Of a stretch of DNA of 64,000 bases, positions 1 to 9,210 are shown in pieces. The notes beneath the pieces are model-generated. The model was not told where the DNA came from. It ran no database searches and saw only the letters and a list, made by a program, of their open reading frames with translations. Location: contig CAVVJT010000010.1 of assembly GCA_963748625.1 (NCBI GenBank), positions 864,001-928,000 on the forward strand. Direction: 5' to 3'. The position numbers and the translations under genes were made by a program. The DNA comes from an uncultured Chloroflexia bacterium. Its GTDB lineage: Bacteria > Chloroflexota > Limnocylindria > Limnocylindrales > CSP1-4. Each line of letters begins with the position of its first letter. Positions within the stretch are counted from its first letter, which is position 1.

Positions 1-277
1 CCTGGTAGATGATGGCCAGCCCCATGTGCATCGATTCATTGGGCGTGATCTTCTCGATCTGGCGCCCCTCGTAGATGACCTCCCCGCTGTCCTTCTCGTA
101 GACCCCGGACAGGATCTTCATCAGGGTGGACTTGCCGGCCCCGTTCTCGCCCACGATCCCGTGGACGAGGCCGCCGGTGACCTCCAGCGAGATGTGATCA
201 AGCGCCTTGACGCCCGGGAACTCCTTGCTCACGTCCCTGATGGTGAGCAAGGGTTGCGGGGTGCTCCCCACGACCAT
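1..277 (-). CDS. Sugar ABC transporter ATP-binding protein (RbsA/MglA-like), 5' part; runs off the window edge
   Basis: Own translation from ATG 277: MVVGSTPQPLLTIRDVSKEFPGVKALDHISLEV...GIVGENGAGKSTLMKILSGVY (Walker A). RBS AGAGGAG upstream; follows a sugar-binding protein. Confidence 0.93.
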   Translation of the reverse strand, partial: MVVGSTPQPLLTIRDVSKEFPGVKALDHISLEVTGGLVHGIVGENGAGKSTLMKILSGVYEKDSGEVIYEGRQIEKITPNESMHMGLAIIYQ

Positions 278-321
278 CCACGTCTCCTCTGTGACCGGCC
301 GCCGATGCTGTGCGAGGTGCT

Positions 322-354
322 AGACCTCACGCCCGGGGACCGGGCGTGAGGTCT
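322..354. terminator. Perfect 15-bp stem-loop between the binding-protein and ATPase genes (mRNA stabiliser or attenuator)
   Basis: AGACCTCACGCCCGG (322-336) is the reverse complement of CCGGGCGTGAGGTCT (340-354), with a 3-nt loop. This is a typical position in ABC operons. Confidence 0.7.
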
Positions 355-370
355 CAGTCAGGTCAGCGAT

Positions 371-1429
371 TTACCACTCGGGAGCGGTGAAGTTCCCGAT
401 GGTGTCCTTGCTGATGATGTCGAACGGGATGATGTTCTCCTTCACCGCAGCGGCGTCCTTGTCCAGGAAGAGCTTGGACTCCTCCATGACCTTGGACGTG
501 ATCGTCTCGGCGTTCTGCGCGATGGAGATGTAGTTCGGCCAGCTCTCGACCTGCTGGAAGCCGGTCTTGTTGCCGTCGACGCCGATGATCATGACCTTGT
601 TGGCCCAATCCTCGTTGACGGCCTTCAGGGCGTTGATGACGCCGGTGGCGCCGTTGTCCCAGTGGGTGAAGATGAACTGGATCTCGTCACCGTACTTGGT
701 GATCATGTCCTGGGCGATGGCCTGGGCCTCGGCGGTGTCCCACGCAGACGGGTTCTGGTAGTCCATCACCTCGATGTTCTTGCCCTTGATGCCCTCGGTG
801 AAACCGGTGTGGCGGTTGGTCGCCGCGACGTGGCCGGCCTGGCCGCCGATCTCGACGCCCTTGGCGCCGTCCGGGAAGGCCGCGATGATCGCCTCCGCCG
901 CGGTGTTGCCACCCTTGATGTCATCGACGCTGACGGAGCAGTTGGAGCCGTCGATCGCCTCGGCCGCCGCCGGGACCATGCTCAGGCAGACCACGACGCC
1001 CGCATCCATCGCGGCCTTGGTGGCCGGGACGTAGCCGACTGCGTCGACCGGGTTGATGGCGATGGCGTTGGTGCCCTGCGCAACGGCGTCGTTGATGCAG
1101 GTGTTCTGCTGCTGGACGTCGCCCTTGTTGTCGCAGACCGCGACGTTCCAGCCGTACTGCTCGGCGTTCTTCTGGTACATCTTCCAGGAGAAGGCCTGCG
1201 ACGGGTTGTCGATCTGGGCGATGAACGTCAAGGTCGGCTTCTCGCCGGTGCCTGCGTCAGTCGCTGCGGGGGCTTCGGTTGCCGCCGGGGCGGTGGTCGC
1301 GGCCGGAGCCTCGGTGCCTGCGGCCGGGGCCGTCGTGGCGGTGCTGCCGCCGCAGGCGGCCACCAGGATCGCTGCCACCGACAGGGTGGCCAGCGTGATT
1401 CGAGTGCGGTTCAAGTTTGCTCTCCTCAC
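371..1429 (-). CDS. Sugar ABC transporter substrate-binding lipoprotein (RbsB-like, type 1 PBP)
   Basis: Lipobox LVAAC, Ala/Thr/Pro linker, and motifs such as AIAINPVDA, RHTGF and IIGVDG. Confidence 0.92.
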   Translation of the reverse strand: MRRANLNRTRITLATLSVAAILVAACGGSTATTAPAAGTEAPAATTAPAATEAPAATDAGTGEKPTLTFIAQIDNPSQAFSWKMYQKNAEQYGWNVAVCDNKGDVQQQNTCINDAVAQGTNAIAINPVDAVGYVPATKAAMDAGVVVCLSMVPAAAEAIDGSNCSVSVDDIKGGNTAAEAIIAAFPDGAKGVEIGGQAGHVAATNRHTGFTEGIKGKNIEVMDYQNPSAWDTAEAQAIAQDMITKYGDEIQFIFTHWDNGATGVINALKAVNEDWANKVMIIGVDGNKTGFQQVESWPNYISIAQNAETITSKVMEESKLFLDKDAAAVKENIIPFDIISKDTIGNFTAPEW

Positions 1430-1691
1430 TTCTAGGTCTCTACTCGCGCGGTCCTGATCTCAACAGTGACCACGGATGAGCCAAGGACTTGCTGTCGCCT
1501 TCAGGCACCTCCTAGCGTGTAGGCGATGCCACTATCGATACAGACCGGATCGGCCGGTCGCCGCTCGGGATGGCGCGTTCGCGCCTTGGACAAGCGTGAC
1601 GGCTCCCTCAGCGTCTCCCCGCTCCAGCGCGGATAGTAATCCGGTTGGCGCGACGAGGCCATCGTCGCGAAGTCTACGGAGTTCTGGCCCA

Positions 1692-2477
1692 TCATGTCCC
1701 CCCGAACCGGGGTGGGCGACGCTCCCGGAAGCTGGCGAGCCCTTCGCCCGCGTCGTCGGTGAAGGCCGTGAGGCCGCTGCCCAGCGCCTCGAGCGATGCC
1801 GGCACGCGCGGCCGGAGGCCGTCGACCAGCTGCTTAGCGACCTGCACGGCAACCGGCGCCTGGCCTGCGATGCGGAGCGCCATCTGCTGCGTGGCGTCCC
1901 GGAGGTCAGCCGCGGTCACGACCTCGGACAGGATCCCCCAGGCCTCGGCCCGGGGCGCCTCCACGGGCAGACCGGTCAGGATCATCTGCTTCGCGCGCGC
2001 CGGCCCGGCCAGCACGGCGAGCCGGGTCGTCATGCCCCAGCCGGGGATCGTCCCGATGCCGGTCTCAGGCGCCGCGATCTTGACGGTGTCCGCGGCGATT
2101 CGCAGGTCGCACGCGAGCGCCAGCTCGAGACCGCCGCCGTAGGCGATCCCGTTGAGCGAGGCGATCGTGGGCTGGCGCAGCCCGTCGAGCCGATCGATCA
2201 CGCGGTGCCCCAGCCGCACCCAGTGGCGCCACATGTCGATCGGGGCGAGTGACGCCCAGGCGTTGATGTCGGCGCCGGCGCAGAACGCTCGCTCACCCGC
2301 GCCCGTGACCACGACCACGCGAACCGAATCGTCCGCCTCGATGACGTTCAGCATCGACTCGAGACCCTCGAGCATCCCGGGGGTGATGGCGTTGAGCTTC
2401 TCGGGGCGGTCGAGCGTGACCGTGGCGATCGGCCCATCGATGTCGAGGCGCAGGCCGGGGGTCTCCGGGAGGCTCAT
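1692..2477 (-). CDS. Enoyl-CoA hydratase/isomerase (crotonase family)
   Basis: MSLPETPG...TLDRPEKLNAI...AFCAGADI...YGGGLELALACDLRIA...PETGIG. The start overlaps the upstream stop (ATGA, 2474-2477). Confidence 0.93.
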   Translation of the reverse strand: MSLPETPGLRLDIDGPIATVTLDRPEKLNAITPGMLEGLESMLNVIEADDSVRVVVVTGAGERAFCAGADINAWASLAPIDMWRHWVRLGHRVIDRLDGLRQPTIASLNGIAYGGGLELALACDLRIAADTVKIAAPETGIGTIPGWGMTTRLAVLAGPARAKQMILTGLPVEAPRAEAWGILSEVVTAADLRDATQQMALRIAGQAPVAVQVAKQLVDGLRPRVPASLEALGSGLTAFTDDAGEGLASFRERRPPRFGGT

Positions 2478-4066
2478 GCACCACGCTCCGCGAGCCGCAG
2501 CCCGATCGGGCCCGGCGCGAAGAGGCTCGGGTGCATCTGGCGCAGGTCCGGGCTGATCCGCAGCTCCAGTGCCGTCTGCCCCAGGATGTCGCGCTCCACC
2601 GAGATGCCAGGGGCGATCTCCGTGACCGTCAGCCCCTCGGGGAGCAACCGGATCACGCAGCGCTCCGTCACGAACACCACCTCCTGGCCGAGCTCCCGGG
2701 CCCGGCGGCCGCTGAAGGTGACGTGCTGGACCTCGGGCACGAACCGCTGGTGCTTGCCCTCCCGGAGGATGCGCACGTGCCCATCCTCGATGGCGATCTG
2801 GGCGCCCGCGGTGAAGTAGCCCGAGAAGACAAGGCGCTTGGCACGGGCGGTGATGTCCACGAAACCGCCGACACCCGCGGTGACGTGCGGGCGGGCAGCC
2901 AGGCGCGAGACGTTCACGTTGCCGTCCGCATCGACCTCGAGGAACGAGAGCATGGCCCGGTCGAAGCCGCCGCCCTGGAGGTACTGGAACTGGTCGGGTG
3001 ACGGCATGAGCGCGTCGGGGTTCTGGGCACAACCGAAGGCGAAGCCAAGGAAGGGCACGCCGCCGACGGCGCCTTGCTCGATCACCCACGTGACGGCGCC
3101 GTCGAGACCCTCCTCGAGGAGGATGCGAGGAACCAGCGCCGAGATGCCGAACCCGAGATTCACGGCCTCGCCGTCGCGCAGCTCCATCGCCGCCCGTCGG
3201 GCGATGACCTTCTCCGGTCCCCACTCGGCGAGTTCGAGCGAGGAGGTCGGCGCACGGTAGTGGCCCGCCGCCTCGGGGAGGAGCTCGGTCTGCGTCGTCT
3301 GGAGCTGGTCCGGCGCAACCACGACCGCATCGACCACGATGCCTGGCACGCGGACGGCCTGCGCAGGGAGCGTCCGGCCCTTGGCGAGTCGCTTGACCTG
3401 GGCAATGACCAGCCCACCGTTGTTGTGCGCGGCCAGCGCCTGGTCAAGGACGCCAAGGGGCGCGCCCTCGTCCTCACAGGTGAGATTGCCGTATTCGTCG
3501 GCGGTGGTTGCCCGGATGATCGCAACATCCACCGGGATGGCGCGCAGGTAGAGCCACTCACGCCCGTCGAAATCGACGACCGAGACGATGTCCTCGGTTG
3601 TCCTGCTGTTCATCCGCCCGCCGTGACGCCGGGGGTCCATGAACGTGTCCTTGCCCACCTCGGTGAGCACGCCAGGCTGCCCGACAGCGGCGGCACGGTG
3701 GAGCTGGAACAGGATCCCGGACGGGATGTTGTAGGCCTCGATCTCGTTGGCCTCGATCGCACTCACGATCTTGGGGGGTGTCGCTGACGAGGGGCCGCTG
3801 GGGTAGGAGCCGGCGATCACGCGGCGGATCTGGCCGGGTGCCGTCAGGTGGTCGATCCCGTCCACGCCGTACATGTCGCCCGCGGCGATCGGGTGGAGGA
3901 GCGTCAGGTCCCCGCCCTCGCCGGTGGCCGTGTAGCGCTCGCCGAGGGCGCGCAGGACCGCATCGGGGCAGCCGAGGCCGCTCGACGAGCTGACCGACAC
4001 GGTCGCCCCCGTCGGGATGCGCCCGACGGCCTCGGCCGCCGACAGGACCGGTACGAGGCGACTCAC
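2474..4066 (-). CDS. Fused family-I CoA-transferase (YdiF/propionate CoA-transferase type)
   Basis: TTADEYGNL, VNLGFG, catalytic IEQG motif, GNVNVS, GVGGFVDIT. The GTG start overlaps the ALDH stop (GTGA). Confidence 0.9.
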   Translation of the reverse strand: MSRLVPVLSAAEAVGRIPTGATVSVSSSSGLGCPDAVLRALGERYTATGEGGDLTLLHPIAAGDMYGVDGIDHLTAPGQIRRVIAGSYPSGPSSATPPKIVSAIEANEIEAYNIPSGILFQLHRAAAVGQPGVLTEVGKDTFMDPRRHGGRMNSRTTEDIVSVVDFDGREWLYLRAIPVDVAIIRATTADEYGNLTCEDEGAPLGVLDQALAAHNNGGLVIAQVKRLAKGRTLPAQAVRVPGIVVDAVVVAPDQLQTTQTELLPEAAGHYRAPTSSLELAEWGPEKVIARRAAMELRDGEAVNLGFGISALVPRILLEEGLDGAVTWVIEQGAVGGVPFLGFAFGCAQNPDALMPSPDQFQYLQGGGFDRAMLSFLEVDADGNVNVSRLAARPHVTAGVGGFVDITARAKRLVFSGYFTAGAQIAIEDGHVRILREGKHQRFVPEVQHVTFSGRRARELGQEVVFVTERCVIRLLPEGLTVTEIAPGISVERDILGQTALELRISPDLRQMHPSLFAPGPIGLRLAERGA

Positions 4067-5565
4067 CGCGACGCGGCCCCGGGGCGCGGCATCCACCACG
4101 ACGTGCGCGGGCCCAGGTGCATCTGCACCGACTTCAGCTCCGTGAAGGCGTCAATGCTGAACCGCCCGAACTCGCGCCCGATCCCGCTCTCCTTGTAGCC
4201 GCCGAAGGGGAGCTCCGGGTACCCGTCCAGGAACGTGTTGACCCAGATGGTGCCGGCGCGGATGGCGCGGCTCATGCCGATGGCCGTGTCGAGGTCGCGT
4301 GTCCAGACGCCTGCGGACAGCCCGAACGGGGTGGCGTTGGCGATCCGTGCCGCCTCCTCGGGCGTGTCGAACGTCAGCACCGACAGGACGGGGCCGAAGA
4401 TCTCCTCGCGGGCGATCCGCATCGACGGCTCCACGCCCGAGAACACGGTGGGCGCCATGAAGCGGCCGCATTCGGTGTCGAGGCGGCCGCCGCCCAGGAG
4501 CAGGTCGGCGCCCTCGGCGCGGCCGGAGTCCACGAGCTCGACGATCTTGGCGAACTGCTCGTCGGTCGCGATGGCCCCGACCTTGGTCGCAGGATCGAGG
4601 GGGTCGCCGACGGGAACGGTCTGGGACCGCTCCACGACCCGGGCGACGAACTCGTCTGCGATCGAACGCTGCACGAGCAGGCGGCTGCCGCTGTTGCAGC
4701 ACTCGCCCATGTTGAAGTAGACGCCGTAGACAACCGCGTCCAGGGCGGCCTCCAGGTCGGCGTCGGCGAAGACGAGCTGGGGGTTCTTGCCCCCGAGCTC
4801 CAGCTCGACCTTCTTGAGGTTGCTCTTGGAGGCATCGATCACCCGCCGGCCGACATCGGTCGATCCGGTGAAGCTGATCATGTCGACGTCCGGGTGGGCC
4901 GCCAGCGGCGTGCCGATCACCCGTCCTGAGCCGGTGACGACGTTCAGCACGCCGTCCGGGAGCCCGGCCTCCTGGGCCATCTGGGCGAGGCGCAGGGTGG
5001 TCCCCGGCGTGATCTCCGCCGGCTTGACGACGGCCGTGCAGCCCACGGCGAGGGCGAATGGCAGCTTCTGGCTGATGATCAGCAGCGGGAAGTTCCAGGG
5101 GGTGATCATCCCCACCACGCCGACCGGCTCCCGCAGCACCATCCCGAACATCGAGGAGCCCAGGGTGTTGTACGTGTCGCCGTACGTGTGGCGGCACAGC
5201 GTGGAGGCGTACTCCCAGAGGTCGGCGGACGACAGGATCTCGTCGCGCGCCTGGGTCACGGGCTTGCCGCTCTCGAGCGCCTCGACGTAGGCGAGGTCGT
5301 CCGCGTTGGCACGGATGGCCTCGGCGATGCGGTTGAGGATCCGGGCGCGCTCGACGCCGGGCATCATCGGCCACGGGCCCTCGTCGAACGCACGCCGCGC
5401 CGCGGCGACGGCTCGTTCGAGGTCCACCACACCGGCCCTCGGGTAGCGGCCCACCACGACGTCGTGCGCCGGGCTCATCCGCTCGAAGGTGTCGCCATCG
5501 GCAGCGCCGACCCACGTGCCGTCGATGAGGTTCTGGTAGTCGCGGGCGGTGATCGCCGAAGTCAC
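4063..5565 (-). CDS. NAD(P)-dependent aldehyde dehydrogenase (sorbosone/betaine-aldehyde dehydrogenase-like)
   Basis: ITPWNFP, SFTGST, LELGGKNP, GECC (catalytic Cys), EEIFGPV, PFGGYKESG. Confidence 0.95.
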   Translation of the reverse strand: MTSAITARDYQNLIDGTWVGAADGDTFERMSPAHDVVVGRYPRAGVVDLERAVAAARRAFDEGPWPMMPGVERARILNRIAEAIRANADDLAYVEALESGKPVTQARDEILSSADLWEYASTLCRHTYGDTYNTLGSSMFGMVLREPVGVVGMITPWNFPLLIISQKLPFALAVGCTAVVKPAEITPGTTLRLAQMAQEAGLPDGVLNVVTGSGRVIGTPLAAHPDVDMISFTGSTDVGRRVIDASKSNLKKVELELGGKNPQLVFADADLEAALDAVVYGVYFNMGECCNSGSRLLVQRSIADEFVARVVERSQTVPVGDPLDPATKVGAIATDEQFAKIVELVDSGRAEGADLLLGGGRLDTECGRFMAPTVFSGVEPSMRIAREEIFGPVLSVLTFDTPEEAARIANATPFGLSAGVWTRDLDTAIGMSRAIRAGTIWVNTFLDGYPELPFGGYKESGIGREFGRFSIDAFTELKSVQMHLGPRTSWWMPRPGAASR

Positions 5566-5584
5566 GAGTGGATGCTCCTTGTGG

Positions 5585-6283
5585 TCAAGCGGGACGCTGC
5601 GTGCCGCCCGTGCGGGCCGCAGCGACGAGGGCGATGAGGTGGGCGACCGCGGGCGTCAGGGCGGCGGGGTCGGCATCGGAGGCCGGGTCTGTGTATGCCT
5701 TGGAGATGAGCGCGGAGCCGAAGCCCAGGCAGGCGGCCCCGGCGCCGATCCACTCGCCGACGCTGGCCTCGGTCGCCTGGACGCCCCCCGTCACCACGAC
5801 CTGTGTCTCCGGGAGCGGGCCGCGGATCGCCCGCAGGAAGGCCGGCCCGAGGCTGTCGCCGGGAAACAGCTTGACGAGCTCGACCCCCGACTCCTCGGCG
5901 GTCACGATCTCCGTCGGCGTCGCGCAGCCGGGGATGTACGGGATGCGACGGCGGTTGCACAGCCGGGCGACATCCGCGGAGAAGCTCGGACCCACGATGA
6001 ACCTTGCGCCGGCCGCGATGTACCGGTCGGCGGCCTCGGGATCACGGATGGAGCCGGCGCCCAACAGGGCATCCGGGTCATGGCGTGCCGCCTCCTGGGC
6101 GAGCGCGCTGAATGCGGACCACGCGCCGGGCCCGCGGTCGGTGAACTCGATCACGCGCGCACCGCCCTCGCGGAGGGCGGCGGTGATCCGCAGGGCCCGC
6201 TCAGCGTCCGGCGTGTAGAACAGCGGCAGGACACCGGCCTCCACGGCGGCGACCAGCACCTCGAGGCGCGGCGAGAGTCTCAA
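5585..6283 (-). CDS. eda: KDPG/KHG aldolase
   Basis: IEFTDR, GAGSI, GARFIVGP, PGCATPTE, VKLFPG (Schiff-base Lys), TGGV. TTG start overlaps the kdgK stop (TTGA). Confidence 0.9.
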   Translation of the reverse strand: MRLSPRLEVLVAAVEAGVLPLFYTPDAERALRITAALREGGARVIEFTDRGPGAWSAFSALAQEAARHDPDALLGAGSIRDPEAADRYIAAGARFIVGPSFSADVARLCNRRRIPYIPGCATPTEIVTAEESGVELVKLFPGDSLGPAFLRAIRGPLPETQVVVTGGVQATEASVGEWIGAGAACLGFGSALISKAYTDPASDADPAALTPAVAHLIALVAAARTGGTQRPA

Positions 6284-7326
6284 CGCTCCACCCTCCCTGA
6301 TCCTGAACCGCCGGCCAGGGCATCGACTTCCGCGACCGAGACGAGGTTGACGTCGCCGCGGATCGAGTGCTTCAGGCAGCTGGCGGCCACGGCGAACTCG
6401 AGGGCGGCCTCCGCCGTTCGTCCGTCGATGAGGGCGTAGATGAGGCCCGCCGCGAAGGAATCGCCCGCCCCTACGCGGTCGACGATGGGGGCAATGCGGT
6501 ACGAGCGAGCGACATGGAAGGCATGGGGCGTCCACAGGACGCCGGACCAGGTGTTCTCGGACGCGGACACCGAGCCACGCTGCGTGAAGGCAATCGTGCG
6601 CAACCTGGGGAACCGCTCCGCGAGTCGTGCGGCCACGTCGGCGTAACCGGCGGGATCCACCCTGCCGTCAGCGACGGAGCTGCCCGGGGCGCGGATGCCG
6701 AAGACCCTGTCGGCGTCCTCCTCGTTGCCGATCAGGACATCCGCCTCGGCCACGATCCCCGCCATGACGTCACCCGCTTGGGCTCCCCAATCCCAGAGCT
6801 TCGCCCGGTAGTTGAGATCGACGGAGACTGTTGCCCCCGCAGCACGGGCCGCCCGGACGGCCGCAAGGGCGGCCTCGGCAGCAGGGGCGGACAGGGCCGG
6901 CGTGATCCCGGTGGTGTGGAACCAGCCCGCACCGTCGAGCAGGGCCGTCCAATCGTAGGCCGCTGCCCCCGCCCTCGCGATGCACGAGTCAGCCCGGTCG
7001 TAGATGACGCGACTGGCGCGCTGGGAGGCGCCGGGCTCGAGATAGTAGACGCCCAGGCGTCCCGCCTCCGAGGCGATGCCCGACGTGTCCACGCCGAGGC
7101 CGCGGAGAAACCGGATTGCCCCATCACCCAGGTCATTGCGTGGGACACGCGTGACAAACCGGGCAGGGACGCCGAAGCCCGCCAGCGATGCGGCAACGTT
7201 CGCCTCGCCGCCTCCATACGTTGCGTCGAAGGACGGCGCGCCAGCGATCCGCATCCCGTCGGGCGCGCTCAGGCGAAGCATCACCTCGCCAAAAGTGACG
7301 ACTCGCGGGGTTGTCTCGTTCGCCAC
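6280..7326 (-). CDS. kdgK: 2-keto-3-deoxygluconate kinase (PfkB family)
   Basis: VVTFGEVMLRLS, GGGEANVA, VIYDRADS, DLNYRAKLW, DRVGAGDSFAAG. Adjacent to eda; GTG start at 7326 is inferred. Confidence 0.9.
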   Translation of the reverse strand: MANETTPRVVTFGEVMLRLSAPDGMRIAGAPSFDATYGGGEANVAASLAGFGVPARFVTRVPRNDLGDGAIRFLRGLGVDTSGIASEAGRLGVYYLEPGASQRASRVIYDRADSCIARAGAAAYDWTALLDGAGWFHTTGITPALSAPAAEAALAAVRAARAAGATVSVDLNYRAKLWDWGAQAGDVMAGIVAEADVLIGNEEDADRVFGIRAPGSSVADGRVDPAGYADVAARLAERFPRLRTIAFTQRGSVSASENTWSGVLWTPHAFHVARSYRIAPIVDRVGAGDSFAAGLIYALIDGRTAEAALEFAVAASCLKHSIRGDVNLVSVAEVDALAGGSGSGRVER

Positions 7327-7833
7327 GTCCGTTCGCAATCCTCGTACTGTAGGCGATCTTGTCGGGCGCCCCGAATGCAGCAGGGACGCCCGACAAGAGG
7401 AGGAGGAGCAGAGGCCACGGTCCAGCGAGACCGCCACAGGGCGGTCGCCACAGCATGAAGTCGTCGAGAGCGGACGTCGCCGGCCTCCTCCAGCCATAGC
7501 GCCAAACCGCAACCTTCACCGTCGACAGTACGCGCGACCGGCGGCCGCACAACACTCACTGGCATGGCCGATAGGTGGACAGGAGTGAACGACGTAGCCG
7601 GGCGCAAGCACGATCGGCACGGGTCGGCCATCGTGGGTCAGCGGCGAGTGCAGTCGTGTCCACCTGAAGGCGAGCGATCGGACTTGACGCGCCGGGCCTG
7701 CTGTCCTCAGCATCGAGAGTGTTCAGCGGCGAGTGCAGAACGTCCGACGTCGCCCTCGCATCACGGGTGGACAGACACGTCGGCCCGGTCTCCCGCGAGG
7801 ACCGCATCCACACCCCGCCCGAAGGAGCGCCCG

Positions 7834-9210
7834 GTGATCATTGACGAGACTGTGACCCTTGAGGACCTGCGTGCCCCGCTCGCCGCGTTCTGGCCCGTGT
7901 CGGGAGCCAGGATCGCCGGCCTGTGCGAGACCTGGGACGCCTCGAAGGGCTCGCCCGTCTTCACGGTCCGGGGCCGGTACACGAGCCAGGGCTGGACCGA
8001 GTGGACCCAGGGCTTCCAGTTCGGGTGGGCGATCCTCCAGTACGACGCCACGGGAGACGAGCGCTTCCTCGAGATCGGGCGGCGGGGCACGGTCGAGCAC
8101 ATGGCGCCGCATGTCTCGCACATCGGCGTTCACGATCACGGGTTCAACAATGTCAGCACGTACGGCGCACTCCGCCGGCTGATGCTCGAGGGGCGCATCC
8201 CCCACGACGAGTGGGAGCTCGCCTTCTACGAGCTCGCCCTGAAGGCGTCGGGTGCCGTCCAGGCGGCGCGCTGGCGACCGACCCACGAGGGCCCCGGATA
8301 CATCTACTCGTTCAACGGTCCGCAGTCGCTGTTCGCCGACACGATCCGGTCGGTGCGATCGCTCTTCCTTGCGCATCGGCTGGGTCACGCGCTCATGGGC
8401 GAGAACGACGAGCGGATCTCGCTGCTCGGCCGCGGCATCGAGCACGCCCGCACGACCGCGCGCTGGAACGTCTTCTACGGCGAGGGCCGGGATGTGTACG
8501 ACGAGTGGGGACGGGTGGCCCATGAGAGCGTGTTCAACGTGAACGACGGGCGGTTCCGCACGCCGTCGACGCAGCAGGGGTACTCGGGGTTCTCGACGTG
8601 GACCCGGGGCCTGGCCTGGATCATCGCGGGCTACCCGGAGGAGCTCGAGTTCGTCGAGAGCCTCTCGGACGACGAGCTGGCCCCGCACGGGGGCCGCGAC
8701 GACGTCACCGCGATGCTGTTGCGAGCGGCGCGCGCGTCGTGCGACTTCTACATTGCCAACACCGCCTCGGATGGCGTCCCGTACTGGGACACCGGCGCTC
8801 CTGGCCTCGTGGCCATGGACGGCTGGCGGGACCGGCCGGCCGACCCGTACAACCGGCATGAGCCCGTGGACTCCTCGTCGGCGGCCATTGCCGCCCAAGG
8901 GCTGCTGCGGTTGGGCCGGTACCTGTCGAGCCGAGGCGACCAGGACGGCTCCCGGTACACCGCGGCCGGCCTCATCGCCCTGCGGACCGTGCTCGGCCAG
9001 CCATACCTCTCGACCGATCCCGCCCACCAGGGACTGCTGCTCCACGGCGTCTACCACAGGCCGCGCGGCTGGGATCTCGCCCCGGACGGTGACGGCGTCC
9101 CGCGCGGCGAGGCGGTGATGTGGGGTGACTACCACCTCGTCGAGGCGGCCTTGCTCGCCCAGCGGCTGCTGGACGGGGCGCCGTACTACAGCTTCTTCGG
9201 ACCGCTCTGA
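7834..9210 (+). CDS. Glycoside hydrolase family 88-like (unsaturated glucuronyl hydrolase-like) protein
   Basis: WTEWTQGF, HDHGF, QQGYSGFSTWTRGLAW, PYWDT, DSSSAAIAAQGL, WGDY. RBS GAAGGAG before GTG 7834. Confidence 0.8.
   Translation: MIIDETVTLEDLRAPLAAFWPVSGARIAGLCETWDASKGSPVFTVRGRYTSQGWTEWTQGFQFGWAILQYDATGDERFLEIGRRGTVEHMAPHVSHIGVHDHGFNNVSTYGALRRLMLEGRIPHDEWELAFYELALKASGAVQAARWRPTHEGPGYIYSFNGPQSLFADTIRSVRSLFLAHRLGHALMGENDERISLLGRGIEHARTTARWNVFYGEGRDVYDEWGRVAHESVFNVNDGRFRTPSTQQGYSGFSTWTRGLAWIIAGYPEELEFVESLSDDELAPHGGRDDVTAMLLRAARASCDFYIANTASDGVPYWDTGAPGLVAMDGWRDRPADPYNRHEPVDSSSAAIAAQGLLRLGRYLSSRGDQDGSRYTAAGLIALRTVLGQPYLSTDPAHQGLLLHGVYHRPRGWDLAPDGDGVPRGEAVMWGDYHLVEAALLAQRLLDGAPYYSFFGPL

Noticed and set aside
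1533-1540. TATCGATA palindrome upstream of the sugar-binding protein as a third copy of the GntR operator
   Set aside because: It is only 8 bp with different symmetry from TCGATAATCGA, which is insufficient evidence.
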